Positions 1 to 12,895 of a DNA stretch of 64,000 nucleotides are shown piece after piece. Each line of letters begins with the position of its first letter. The stretch's first letter is position 1. Origin of the DNA: Stegostoma tigrinum (Eukaryota); contig NC_081363.1 of NCBI RefSeq assembly GCF_030684315.1, positions 83,041,678 through 83,105,677 on the forward strand. The letters are read 5' to 3'. Both the position numbers and the translations under genes were made by a program. The notes beneath the pieces are model-generated. The model saw only the letters and a list, made by a program, of their open reading frames with translations, was not told the DNA's origin and made no database searches.

Positions 1-1069
1 TCTAAGAATTATACACTGTACAACATCTCCAGTCAGAAGAGAATGAGAAGGTGCCCTAATGAGACGTTTCTATTTCCTCCTACTAATTCCTCCGTAACAC
101 TATTCCTATGTTACATGAAAAGTCATAATGTATTTGCATCAAATATATGAGTTTCACTACAAACGTGTTTTACTTAACTCTATTGTATCATGGCATCTGA
201 TTTCCTCGACATGTGCCCTTATCAAATCATTCGATACAATATTGTCTTTACCAACTAAATTAATAACTTTTAAATTGTGCAGCTATAATATTAAACTCCA
301 ACAAAACAATTACAAGTTATTCTTTCAAAAGACCTCGAAGTAAATTGATTGTGAAGACCATAAATAAGTTTCATCCAAGTTGGTGGATATGTGTATTCAA
401 GGAAGGTTGTTCAACAAAAGAGATAAGTATGCCTTTGTCCACTGTCAAATGTTATGTTAACAGGTATACAGTTCCTTCAAAAACAAAACCTGACAGGATG
501 CTCAGCCCTCACTTCATCCCAATGTAGCATAACAGGCAACAAACCAATGTCACTGGCATCGACAGTCAGTTCCAATCTCTTTTCATAATTTTGTACTGCT
601 AAAACTAATGTGGTTGTCAGCACAGCTTTCAAGTTAGAAACGGTGCTCTGACATTCTTTTCAAAACCTTTGTCTTTTTTTCCAATACATTTGTCAAAGCA
701 GTCATTAGAGTGCTGAAGTTTGAAACAATTTCCAGAGTCCATTTACCAACCAATGGCAGAATGTTGCATTTTGTCTTTGGCATGAGAAAAATGAAAAGCT
801 GTTATTTTCACTTTTCCTGTTATCACATGATCCCATATCAAATGTGACTCAAAAAAGCCAGTTTTGCTTTGTTAGATTCACTTTCAACCTAATTTAAAAT
901 AAAATCAGCTACTTGTAACTAATCAACCAGTTCAGTTAAGCGTTGCACATGCTTATCCCATTTGCACTGAATATGATCAAGTTGTTGATGGACTCAAAGC
1001 AAAGGAAGGGTCTTGCAATTATTAAGTCAGATAATCAAAGGAAATTTGATGGTGAATTTTCCATTGCAA

Positions 1070-1217
1070 ATGGAAACACTTCGCCTCAAATAAACAATTC
1101 AGTATCACAAAAGCTGATATCAGCGAACTCCAGCTACTATGACTTGATTCAATTCTATTCTTGTACTTCGTGACCTCAATCCTCCCCTACTTGGCCCAGC
1201 GTCTCTGCATTCAGGCC
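1070..1217 (+). pseudogene. Decayed coding exon 1 of EEF1AKMT3/METTL21B-like pseudogene (psiA)
   Basis: GGTGAATT..ATG context resembles the A2 start (GGAGAATT..ATG). SSYY..QFY aligns to A2 PSCY..EFC, and S-V-S-A-F to GVSAY. Ends GCC|GTAAGT like A2 exon 1. Frameshifted, with stops and loss of VWD. Confidence 0.5.
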
Positions 1218-1259
1218 GTAAGTATTTTGCTGTATGTGCAACAGATCCCCTACGTTAAC

Positions 1260-1545
1260 ATCCCAGATGTTACTATCTACAAGATGCACTGCAGAAATTC
1301 ATCTGCCCTCTGTGTCAAACGGCAAGGACAGATATAAGGGAACACCATCACCTGGAAGTTCCCCTCTTAGCTACTCACCATGCGGATTTTGAAATATATT
1401 TCCGTTCTTTCACTGTCACTCAAAATCGCAAAATTCCCTTCCTAACGGTATTGTGGATCTACTTACAGCACATGGGCTTATGCAGTTCAACTTGGGAAAC
1501 TAAGCACAGGCAATAAAAGATGGTCACCCAATGAGGACCACATCT
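1260..1545 (+). mobile_element. Degraded LINE 3' fragment (L2/CR1 group)
   Basis: Similar to other LINE 3' remnants in the window (43150-43790, 58020-58260), ending in GGCAATAAA..CCACAT. Confidence 0.45.
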
Positions 1546-1680
1546 GAGGAGTCAATTAAAAATTATAACCTGTAGGTAAATAGTTTTTTCCAGTTCTATT
1601 CACAGAAATAGACCCATGAGTCTGTGGTAGTCTGTAATTCACCTCCATATTGTAATTAACCTCGATATTGTGTTTCACTC

Positions 1681-1985
1681 GGCAGCACGGTGACACAGTG
1701 GCTGTCACTGCTGCCTCACAACGCTAGGGAACTGGGTTTGATTCCTGTCTTCATTGAATGTCAGTGTGGAGTTTACATGTTTTCCACGTGTCTGCATGGG
1801 TTTCGGTTGAGTGTTCCGGTTTTCTCCCGCGGCCCTGAGGATGTGCAGGTTATGTAGAGTGGCAATTTTAAATGCAGGGTTAGAGAATAGGATGGGGTGT
1901 TGTACCTAGATGGCATGCTCTTCGGAGGACTGGCGTAGGCTTGATCGGCCGAATAGCCTCTATCTTCGCTGTGGGGATTCTCTGA
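1681..1985 (+). mobile_element. HE1-like V-SINE
   Basis: tRNA-like head GGCAGCACGGTGACACAGTGG, V-domain GTGTGGAGTTT..GGGTTTC..CCGGTTT, CR1-derived tail GGGGATTCT. Confidence 0.85.
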
Positions 1986-2137
1986 TATTTGGAAGGTAGC
2001 ATTGCATCTGATCTACATTTGAACTTTTAATTTCTGTTGACGTCTCCAAATCACAGTATCTTCAAATCTTACAGTATAGAAGAGGTCCATTAGCCCATCG
2101 AGCGTACGCCAAAAAAAACTACAGTAAATCTATACTA

Positions 2138-2304
2138 GATAACAAGGTGTAGCGCTGGATGAACAGGCCAAGCAGCATCAGAGGAGCAGGAAAGCTGACG
2201 CTTCGGGTATTCTGAAGAATGGTCAAGACCTGAAACTTCAGCTTCCCTGCTCCTCTGATGCTGCTTGGCCTACTGTTTTCATCCAGCTCTACACCTTGTT
2301 ATCT
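2138..2304. mobile_element. Inverted (palindromic) PLE terminal-repeat insertion
   Basis: AGATAACAAGGTGTAG... is mirrored by ...CTACACCTTGTTATCT; degenerate hammerhead core near the centre. Confidence 0.8.
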
Positions 2305-2817
2305 ATAGTTGATCTTTTTTTCTCCTGTCTGATGTATTCATTACGTCATTCATATTGCGTTTCTCTCTGATTTGCAAACTCTGCCTTAAACAATTACACT
2401 ACAGGTAATAAAACTATCATCTTGTCTTCAATAAGAAAATTCTGAACTAAGTACAAAATATTGGAAATTTGAAACAAAAAAACAGAAAAAGTGGACAGAA
2501 GAGTCTGACAGCGTCTGTGGAGAGGAACAGAGTTAATGTTTCAAGTCCAATATGACGTTTCCTCAGAACACTGAATTCTAAACTTTTCCTTTTTTTATCT
2601 GCTCTAATGGCATTGTTTATTTAGCTCTTTAAAAATGGTTTTTAATCAAGTTACATGCTTTAGTTAGTTTTTCTCTGCAACTTGAAGCTTAGCCTAGAAA
2701 TGAAGTCTCTGACTTCATTTCAAAAGGAATGAATTACACATGCTCCTTTGGAACATTTCTAATGGCAAACAGCATCAGAGAAATTCCTTTATCCCAATCA
2801 TTGGTGCCATCTCCCCA

Positions 2818-2938
2818 AGGGTTTTGACCCGAAACGTCAGCTTTCCTGCTCCTCTGATGTTGCTTGGCCTGCTGTGTTCAACCAGCTCTACATCTTGTTA
2901 TTTGAGACTTTCCAGCATCAACAGTTCCTACTATCTCT
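2818..2938 (+). mobile_element. PLE terminal-repeat fragment
   Basis: GACCCGAAACGTCAGCTTTCCTGCTCCTCTGATG..CAGTTCCTACTATCTC, the same family as 59709-60621. Confidence 0.75.
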
Positions 2939-3419
2939 GTGACAAAATTTGCATATGGCCTTACTTGAGGAACCTTCCAGAATGTCATCTTTCCTTATTA
3001 GCAATTGACACTTTGATCAAAATTGCAACACCACCTCCTAATTTACTCACCTTGCTGTCTCACCTGAAGATTGTATTCGCTGCAATGCAGATCTTCCCTC
3101 AGCCATGTCTTATTGATGGCAATGATATATCTACATGTGCTAACTTTCAAGATCATTTACATTACTCGTATGGTTCCTTGCGTTAAAATAAATGCCATCC
3201 AATATGCTGACCTTTTACGTATCCCAAATTGGTTGAATACACTTTGTTTGACAGACCAACTTGGCTCTTCTTGTCCATTTGTCTGCGCTTCACAGTTAAG
3301 CGACCTCTGTTCCACATCCCATTCCCTTGCCAAAATTAGTTTAAAGACACGTCAACAGCACCAACTCTCCCCACTACCCATGGCCACCACACACCACAAG
3401 TCCTGCTTGCGGTTCAGGT

Positions 3420-4200
3420 GCTAATGCTTACACTTGTATGGGCTGTGTCATGTCTAGAAAGGGCCTCAATAATCCCAGAATATAAAGGACTCCTTCTTGC
3501 CCCAACTCTTCAGCCACACATCCTTCAAGCCTGTTTATTGCTACGTTCACTCGTATGTGACACCAGCAGTAAGCCAGAAATTACAACCTTTGAGGTTTTT
3601 CAAATTGCTACTTAGCATCCTAAATTTTTGTTGCAGACCTCATTCTTCTTTCTGCGTACATACTACGCACTAATGTGAATTGTGACTTCTAAATGTTCAC
3701 TTATCACCTTCAGAATGCCCTGCAGTTGTTCATCGACAACCTGTTCCACAGAAACATCCTTCTTAATATAGAGTGTTCTACCACTGTATTTGTTCCTCTC
3801 TGTTTGTTCCACTTTGTGGAGCTGCTCCTTCAGTACACTCCCAGATGAACAACGTCACTCTCGCTTTTTCCAAAACGCAGAAAATGATCTTTAGTGAGGA
3901 GCACTCAGGGATTTCCTGACTGACTACCTAACCTTCTTCTGATTCACTGTGATATGTTCTTTCCTAACAGCACCTCCTTACGCTGCAGTAACCACGTATG
4001 AAGGTGTGCCGTCGTGGAACACTCAGCCTCCTCGATGCACTGCACTGCCTTCAGCTGATATCCACGTTTCGAAGTCCAGTGCTCAAATTGATCGAATGGG
4101 TGGCAATTCCTGTAGATGCGGTCATTCTGATTGCAGGGGCATCTAAGACGTCCCACATGCTGCAGGCCACGTGACACGCGAATCCAAGCTCCCCTGCCAT
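3420..4200 (-). mobile_element. Degraded CR1 5'/ORF1 fragment
   Basis: Minus strand TGCAGCATGTGGGACGTC.. resembles the Cys-rich start of CR1 ORF1; heavily mutated. Confidence 0.5.
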
Positions 4201-4739
4201 ATCTTTGTTTAAAGACTTCTTACTCTAAATTTAAGACAAATTCGAAATTATGTATATTTTCTTTAAAATGAAGAAGATGGAGCTCCTAATTTTTAATACA
4301 GCTTTAAAGTAGACAGAATCAACCTACCCGCGACCTACTAATCAGCTCACTGTATTGTGTTAGTGTCACTTTCGTCAACCTTTACGAATTCTGGGCGGCG
4401 GGGCGTGTGTGGGGACACGGGGGAGTGGCGGTGGTGGAGGTTCCTGTTAGGTTTAGTTGCCGTTTTGATAATGCTCAACTTTGCCTTGCTCTTATGGCTT
4501 TTTATTAGGAATCTCTGCTGCCAGTGATAACCCTTAGGTTATCTCTACTGTTGCTCCAACTGACCCTCTCGAGTCAGGAAAGAATACAGTCGAGAAAAAT
4601 TTTGCATAAATCAATGTCCCAAGTCTCACTTAAGTCCGCTTTTAAAGTCTGTTTTATGGTGATGCTGAATTGCTGCACATTCCTCCCAGCCCCTTGTGGG
4701 GCAATACAACTTCGCCAAATGGGTCACAAGTCAAACTGA

Positions 4740-5520
4740 GCATGCATGAGGTCTCGAGTGTCATCACTAATACCAGAACTGTATTCAACCACATAGAGAT
4801 TAACTCGAGGTCAGTGAAAGTGAATGTCCGTGATATCAAGGCAGACTGAGTGTGGCAATAAGGCGGCCTAGAAAAACTAGAATAAATGGAAATCAGTAAG
4901 AAACCCACGTATTGTTTGGGGCAATTGCAAACACAGAGGAAGTTATCTGTGACTGTTTGTAGTAATAATCCCAGCCACAGAACAATACTGTAAAAGATCT
5001 TCAGTGTTGTATCCTGAGTCCAACCATCTTCAGCTGTTTCATTAATGTGCTTTCCTCCATCTTGAATCAGAAAAGGGGATGTTCACTGATGATTGCACAA
5101 TGTCCAACACCATTTTCAACTCCTTAGATGTTGAAAGTAGCCCGCCTTCATATGCAACAAGACTTAGCAAGAATCTTGGGTTGGGATGATAAACGGCAAA
5201 TAATATTTGTGCTACCCAAGTGTGAGACAATGACAATCGGAAGAGACCCGTTGTTCCTTGACGTTCAATGGCATGAGCAACGGTGAATTTTCCACTGTTA
5301 ACAACCTGGGAATCACCTTTGATTGTAATCTGAACAAGATTATGTAAACTGCTGCTACAAGAAAAAAAATCAGGGACCAAGGAATTTGGTGCATGTATTT
5401 CGCCTTCTGTCTTCCCAATGTCTGCCCGCTCTCTGGGTAGACATGTCAGGAGTTCAATGGAATGTCGGCCGAGCGATTAGAACCGGGCAATAAATGCGGT
5501 CCGAAACAATGATGCCCACA
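4740..5520 (+). mobile_element. Degraded LINE reverse transcriptase and 3' fragment
   Basis: Remnants of the QGSVLGP-TIFS-FIN and MFADD RT motifs (CCAACCATCTTCAGCTGTTTCATTAAT, ATGTTCACTGATGAT). Confidence 0.6.
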
Positions 5521-6230
5521 TTGTCTTGAGCAAGTTTTAAAGAAATACAGTGAAAAGGGCAAAGCCGTTGCCTTTATCTCGCTTTGCAAATCATGAAGTC
5601 ACGATTAATCTCATCTATATCGCTAGTAATTACCTGAATCTGAACTAAATTATCAATAGTATGCAGCCTCCGCTGCTGAACATACAGGTAGCGCTATGCT
5701 ATAGTTTCACCAAATAATGTTTAAGTGCTCTTTGCACTGCTGCTCACCTGCTTTCCTCATTAAAAAAGTGCCGATCACTTGGGTCATGGTAATGATACAG
5801 TGAGGAATGTGTTTGACCATGTAGTTACAGTGTACTTGATTATAGTTCTGCCGCTATTGCATACCGACTCATTTTACATGTTGGTTGTGTCACGGTGGTA
5901 GAAGCTTTTGCCGTCATGTTTTCATACCAACTACTGCTGTTCGCTATTTCAGGACTTGACCAAATCGGTCAGCTGTGGAGCTACCAAGGGCACCTCGTAT
6001 TATATGTCCATTCTGTTGGCGTGTTAACGGGATTATGATATTTCGTGGGACCCACAGATGACACCATATCACCCCCTCATGCTGCCACACGTAGTAAATC
6101 TGAGTTGACAGTAAGACAGTACAAGACCAGGCATGGATTTAGTGACATCGGCTGAATTGTTTGCCTGTTTTAACTATCTCCATATTCATGTCTCTTTTGG
6201 AGAATGTTGCTCAAACGATTTTGCAGGCTT

Positions 6231-6432
6231 GGTTGCTTTCCACCATGCTACTCATGCTTTTTTTGATTTTCAAAGGTCCCCCTGCTGTTCCCGCACAGTT
6301 TCCTTCTGGTCCTGACTGTTTCAGGTGCACGTACTCACTCCAAGTTCCAGTTCTGCTTTTAAAAAAGAAATGATAAACAAAACTTACATGTGAAAACACA
6401 GCACACAGTTGTTTTAAATTGCAGAATTAAAA
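6231..6432 (-). repeat. Recent ~200 bp copy of 22670..22868 (B1 intron-0 end, 5' UTR and first 8 codons)
   Basis: Direct alignment shows about 10 substitutions and 3 gap bases over ~200 nt. Confidence 0.95.
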
Positions 6433-6627
6433 GCAAGAGCAGGCGATCTATGATCATATCCTGATCAGCAGCTTTTATGAGGCTCGTGAGACGGTTCAAA
6501 AACAAATTTGCTGTGGCTGCTCTCACATCCTGCTCCCATTCTCCATTCACCTCAGTCATTGTAGGCCTGCTGGTTTTATTAGGTTCACGTTATTTTATCC
6601 TAATGATTGCATATCCTGGCTTTTCAC

Positions 6628-6739
6628 GAAATTGCTCTTTACAGGTTCATTGAGAAGGACAACATTCGGTTTTCTGGGGAAACGTTGATTCGGTTCAGAA
6701 CGGGCACTGGAATGCCAAGGGTTTTAGCCACCCTTATTG
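6628..6739 (+). pseudogene. psiA exon 2 (SAM-binding motif I destroyed)
   Basis: 112 nt, as in the intact paralogs. EIALYRFIEKDNIRFSGETLIRFRTGTGMPRVLATLI-G aligns to [38 protein letters not shown]. Acceptor reads CAC instead of CAG; donor GTGAG intact. Confidence 0.9.
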
Positions 6740-7754
6740 GTGAGCGAGAGGCTGCGAAGGGACAAGCCGCAACGTCCTACCATATAGAAAACAATATGGA
6801 CGGCATGACCCGTCCTGTCTGTATTGGGGAAGGGGCTTATTCACTCAAAAGGACATGTGATTTGATCATGTTCTCTTGTAATTGATACAAGTTCATTGCG
6901 AGTTCGTCAGTTGCAAAGTTTTAGTTGTCAAATCATCACCGAAGAGAAAGTAAACAGAAGCTAAAGTATATCAAAGGCTTCTAGACGGCAATTAAAGTCT
7001 TCAGAGCATGCTGAGAATCAAAGTAGAGTCCATGTGTGAGAAACATCATTATAAACGGGTAAATGGGACCATATTAGAATCTTATTTACTATAAATCAAT
7101 GCTCGTGCTCTAAAAAATGGCATTCGTTGTGAAAACGACTACAGCTGGCGTTAAATAAGATAATATCTTTGACAATCTCGTGACGTTTCAAGGTGATGTG
7201 ATAAGACAACACCTACGCAGCCAAAGATAAACGCAGAAAGGGTAACTAAAAAGTAGACAGGTTTTGAAAGGGACAGTAACCAGACAGAAAGGTTGAAGGA
7301 GGAAAATTCATTTTGAAGGCGAGGTGACAGAAAGAATCTTTGGCGTTTCTATACAAGAGGAACTATGGAGTCGCTACAGACTCTCAAGAAAGCCGAGGTC
7401 TTGGAGTGTTGAAGGGGTAGAACATGCAAATTATGAAGAATATGAGCTTAAAATTTTGTTGCAGACAGCCGTGTTGACAGAATGCTCATCACTGTGTAGC
7501 TTAGAATAAAACAAGCCAGTACAATGCCCAAAGCTGTGTGGAGACAAGTTGGCAGACAGCTCGCCTTTGAGTTGGGGCTCTTTATCTACCATGATCCCAA
7601 TAAAGGGTCAACAACAGCAAACTAAAACATAATTGTTTTAACTAAATAACTAAAACATAAAACATCGCCTGCTCTATAAAGTTTTATCTCTAACTCCAGC
7701 ATTTGCAGTTCCTGCTATCACTAAAACATAATTGTGTTTCCTCTCTCTCATCAG

Positions 7755-8144
7755 GTGGAAATATTGGTACAATAGATCAGCTAAGCGTCCTGAAACAAAT
7801 ATAAAGCAATGTCAGAATTAACATTCCCGGTGCCGGTCGACCACGTAAACAAATCTGACCTTTAACACTGATCGAGAATCACACAAACGTTCTTCCGGAT
7901 TATGACCATCCTTGTTTCGAACGTTGTGTCTTCTTTTCAAATCCATGCCAAATTAATGCAGACATCGTGCCATTTCTCAAATCAAACCACTATAATTTAT
8001 TTTACTGGTTAATTAAAACATTCGTATCAAAGCAATTTTCCTACCAAAATCCTCTACCTGTATAGTTTAATTGCAATATTTACAGTATAAAGGACAAGGA
8101 TATTTATATATTCCAAAATTACCAAACGCGGGGTGGCCCTCTAA
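7755..8144 (+). pseudogene. psiA exon 3
   Basis: CATCAG|GTGGA acceptor. VLKQI*SNVRINIPGAGRPRKQI*PLTLIENHTNVLPDYD and KDKDI align to A2 exon 3. Stops at 7802 and 7856, plus frameshifts. Confidence 0.9.
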
Positions 8145-9024
8145 TGCAAAGAATGCATTTCCCTGTCTCTAAATTTAGTACTATGGTTTCTGGGCTTCGC
8201 TGTCGCTGGCTTAACTTTGAAGTCATATGTGCTAACTAAGGTTTATTTTCTAAATTTAAGTTCCATTGATAATTTATCTCTTCCTAAATCACACGAAATC
8301 TCTCGCGCCGGCTGTTTCTCTGATATCAAGAAGTTACTTGATACCTTCGAGGTTGGCAAGGTACAACTAGCAGGAACCGCACAAGCAAACTTCGGTTTGC
8401 TCCTAGCATGATACATTATGTAATTCTTTATCGTAAATATGTATTTTCTGAGCTGGCATGAACAAGATAACCAGCGGATGATGAGTTGGAGATTGCTGTG
8501 AAATGTTGGACTCTATCGTAATGTCTTCAGTCCTACCTACCGGTTTGCCTCTTTAATGCTCTAACCGCCTCGTCGTGTGTGAGACTTTACTATTAACATG
8601 GACAATCCCTGTTGGTGGCAAGAGGTTGAAGCCATCACATTGTCCTGCACTTGGCACTTGAAGTTGACCGAGCGCTGACGAATGAAGCTATTAGCTGGGT
8701 CATTCAAATTTGACAGATCCTTTGGGAGTGAAAGTAATGGAAAATGTTGTCAACCGACCCAGAGGTTAGCAGGAGTTTAAGAACCAGTAACTAACAGAAA
8801 ATGAATACAGTGCCCCCAGTATATTCTCTACATAATGGTAATTATTAATAGGGTTGCTAAAACATGCATTTTAGTTTTCTCAAATACAATGGTGATGCAC
8901 ATCGTCTTTAGGCGTGTGCTCCCAATGCTTATATTTTCAAGAGTAGTTAAACACATTGCACTCTTTGCGAGCAGATTTTTTTTTTCGTCGAATATGGGTG
9001 TCTGTCAGTCAGTTTTAACTCGAT

Positions 9025-9623
9025 TGGCTTTCATTATCAGGGGGATTGAGTTTAAGAGTCGTGAGATCTTGTTGCAGCTCTATAAAACTTTGGTTAGACC
9101 GCACTTAGATTACTGCGTCCAGTTCTGGCCGCCCTATTATAGGAAAGATGTGGATGCTTTGGAGAGGGTTCAGAGGAGGTTTACCAGGATGCTGCCTGGA
9201 CTGGAGGGCTTATCTTATGAAGAGAGGTTGACTGAGCTCGGACTTTTTTCATTGGAGAAAAGGAGGAGGAGAGGGGACCTAATTGAGGTATACAAGATAA
9301 TGAGAGGCATAGATAGAGTTGATAGCCAGAGACTATTTCCCAGGGTAGAAATGGCTAGAACGAGGGGTCATAATTTTATGCTGGTTGGAGGAAAGTATAG
9401 AGGGGATGTCAGAGGCGGGTTCTTTACACAGAGAGTTGTGAGAGCATGGAATGCGTTGCCAGCAGCAGTTGTGGAAGCAAGGTCATTGGGAACATTTAAG
9501 ACACTGCTGGATATGCATATGGTCACAGAAATTTGAGGGTGCATGCATGAGGATCAATGGTCGGCACAACATCGTGGGCTGAAGGGCCTGTTCTGTGCTG
9601 TACTGTTCTATGTTCTATGTTCT
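9025..9623 (+). mobile_element. CR1 (HER1-like) LINE, 5'-truncated
   Basis: ORF2 C-terminus LYKTLVRPHLDYCVQFW..RGDLIEVYKI..FFTQRVV; (TTCTATG)n tail. Confidence 0.95.
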
Positions 9624-9778
9624 AATAAAGTGACTTAAATGTTGCTGCATTCGGTACACGCACATCAAGGCAACGATTTCGTTGGAAAATGTTGATGTAA
9701 GAGACATCGTTCAGCTATGGTAAATTGTCCCTGGCAACAGTGTATCGACTGCCTCATGAACTAGCGTCAAGCGTCATT

Positions 9779-10545
9779 CATAGAACATAGAACATTACAG
9801 CACAGTAAAAGCCCTTCGGCCCTCGATGTTGTGCCGACCTGTCATACCGATCTCAAGCCCATCTAACCTACACTATTCCATGTACGTCCATATCCTTATC
9901 CAATGACGACTTAAATGTACTTAGAGTTGGCGAATCTACTGCCGTTGCAGGCAAAGCGTTCCATTCCCTTACTACTCTCTGAGTAAAGAAACTACCTCTG
10001 ACATCTGTCCAATATCTTTCACCCCTCAATTTAAAGCTATGCCCCCACGTGCTCGCCGTCACAATCCTAGGAAAAAGGGTCTCCCTATCCACCCTATCTA
10101 ACCATCTGATTATTTTATATGTTTCAATTAAGTCACCTCTCAACCTTCTTGTCTCAATGAAAACAGCCTCAAGTCCCTCAGTCTTTCCTCGTAACACCTT
10201 CCCCCAGGCAACATCCTAGTAAATTTCCTCTGCACCCTTTCCAAAGCTCCCACATCCTTCTTATAATGCGGTGACCAGAATTTACACAATACTCCAAGTG
10301 CGGCCGCACCAGAGTTTTATGCAGCTTCGCCATAACCTCTTGGTTCCGGAACTCGATCCCTCTATTAATAAATGCTAAAACACTGTATGCCTTCTTAACA
10401 GCCCTGTCAACCTGGGTGGCAACTTTCAAGGATCTGTGTACATGGACACCGAGATCTCTCTGCTCATCTACACTACTAAGAATCTTACCATTAGCCGAGT
10501 ACTTTGCCTTCTGGTTACTCCTGCCAACGTGCATCACCTCACATC
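9779..10545 (-). mobile_element. CR1 (HER1-like) LINE, 5'-truncated
   Basis: EQRDLGVHVH..LVRPHLEYCV..RGDLIETYKI; tail reads (CATAGAA)n on the + strand. Confidence 0.95.
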
Positions 10546-12416
10546 ATTTTGCATTTCTACATTGTTCCATTTGCGGCACCACCATCGAGCTTCGTGAGAT
10601 GAATGGAATCCTGAACACGGTCCGTCCATAATTGTCATTGATAATGTTGTGGTGAAACAATGCAGCTCCTGCTGACATATCTCCCAACATGCCGAAGGCC
10701 GTGAGTTCCAGGGTTGATGGCACTATGACAGTGAAGCAATCCTAGTCTATTAATAAGTCAGGAAGTCTTACTGAATAGTTATTTTGCCTCAATATTTACC
10801 CCATAGACTGTGCGATTTTTACGTGGATTTTACTGTGAACCCGTTCACTCCTCCTGAACTGGGGGAAATTGGTGGTGGTTCTTTCCATCTATTGCTATCC
10901 TGGCTCTCACAGCGGACGTGCACAGCTCAGGGTATTCTTCTCCCGCTAATATTGTCATGAGAGAGATGCAGTTGTGACAGGTCTATCTGTCGACCGATAA
11001 GGGCGAGAGAAAATCGCTTTGTTTTTGGTCTTGTTGGCCCTGTTGGCACTTAATCCAAATAGACAAATAAACAGTCAGTGGACCAGTTGAATATTTATGA
11101 CAATCCAGAAGTTCAGTGGTCCAAAGTTACTGAGACTGGATTTACAATTCAAATATATTAACTAAATTTACACAAGAACATAAGAAATAGAAGCAGAAAA
11201 TCGTCTACTGCTCCTTAGGAACTTCTCTACAATTCACAAATAATGTGATTGATTTGATTGCAGCTTCTATTGTGTGAGTATGGGGAACTGGAACTTTAAG
11301 CGGCCGATTACGAGGCGTCAGTTTGACGTCACCAATCATTTTTAGGTCGGGAAATTACTTCGTCTAACTTTGCTACCTGTGTAATAAACATCTCCTTAAT
11401 AAAGCACTTGCTATGTAACATTTCGGCCGATGTTCTTCTTACAAATTGGCTTCGATATCCCTTTCCTGTGTGCCCTCCCTGCAACCAATCCCATCCTTCG
11501 TATAACCTAAGATCTCTTGACTAACTTAGACTCTAAAATATAAAATGACCCGACTTTCCATTGTTTGTGAGCAGGAGAAGAATTCCAAACATTAATGACC
11601 GTCTGAGAAAGGAAATTACTTCTCAGCAAGGAGTAGCTGTATGCCATCTGCGTGTAAACGTTGTAAAGTAGCAATTCTAAATTTCGATTTGTACTCTAAT
11701 ATCTGTAGAGTAACATCAGCATTCTCTAAATCCATATTACTACCAACAAATGTTTTGTTTTGGTGAATTGAACATTGTTTCCCCGTTCCAATGCAAAGGT
11801 ACAAGCGTGCTATTATCCAACGGTGACCCCATAATAAGAATCATCATACTCGCATAATGCATATTTTGTAAATAGGGTCACACTTTAACGAAATTGCACC
11901 CTGTTTCAGCTCAGTATTAGGTAAATGCAAGAAATGATCCACATATTGCAACATCAAGTTTTAATTTGCAATTTTTTGTCATCATTCATGCTTCTTTTTA
12001 GTTATTTGGTTTGAAATTGCATTCTTTTGTTGCAAAAACGTAAAGCTGTGATAGTTTAATCTGCACACCCTGTTCTATTTAAGCTCTAAAACACTATCAA
12101 AGATTATCATCTTTGCTGATGACAATCTGTACAATTAACACTCGTCGATGAGTTAAATATGCACAAGACCAGAATATGTCACTATTTCCAAAATCTAAAA
12201 TACAATGAGATCATAGTCTAAACATTTTCACTGCTTACGAAAGGTGTCTACTTGTCTTGTAATTTATTTCAATCAATGAAAAATAAGTTCCAGTAGTTTT
12301 AAATCGCTTGCACGTCAGTTAATGGCAATTGTTTAATGCAGCAAAAATGAGTACCGCCACAGCATAAAGCCTGAATAAAGGTGATTTCAGTTAAAAAAAA
12401 TGCCTTTGTAAAATTT

Positions 12417-12640
12417 GAGATAACAAGATGTAGAGCTGGATGAACACAGCAGGCCAAGCAGCAACAGAGGAGCAGGAATGCTGACGTTTTGGGCCTGGAC
12501 GCTTCTTCAGAAATTTCTAAAGAAGGGTCCAGGCCCGAAACGTCAACCTTCCAGCTCCGCAGATGCTGCTTGGCCTGTTGTGTTCACTCAGCTCTACACC
12601 TTGTTATCTCAGATTGTCCAGCATCTGCAGTTCCTACTAT
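12417..12640. mobile_element. Palindromic PLE terminal-repeat insertion with 13 bp TSD
   Basis: CTTTGTAAAATTT at 12404-12416 and 12641-12653; arms centred on CAGAAATTTCT. Confidence 0.9.
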
Positions 12641-12771
12641 CTTTGTAAAATTTCTCAGGTTAAACTATGCAAAGAGAAGAAACGACAGCAAGGTACATGT
12701 TTATTGAAAAACATATTTTTCAAGACAGAATGCGGATTCCAATGCATCCTTAGGAGATTAATTTGAGAAGC

Positions 12772-12777
12772 TTTATT
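12772..12777 (-). promoter_or_regulatory. Candidate poly(A) signal of B1
   Basis: AATAAA on the minus strand ~120 nt after the stop; a second one at 12700-12705. Confidence 0.4.
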
Positions 12778-12895
12778 CCAGAACCTGATAGACTTTCAAT
12801 TCCATCTTCACTCAGAGAATTCAATTCTCATAAAGCTGAGAGTCGAATGCACAGCTTGTGGGGTGCAATGTTGGGAAATAAATAGGCATCAGAAA

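Noticed and set aside
1681-1750. tRNA genes at SINE heads (also 33583, 55481)
   Set aside because: The A/B-box-like heads continue into V-SINE bodies; no complete cloverleaf.
8835-9536. Longest ORF (233 aa) as a host gene
   Set aside because: It is a CR1 ORF2 C-terminus fused by chance to AT-rich flank.
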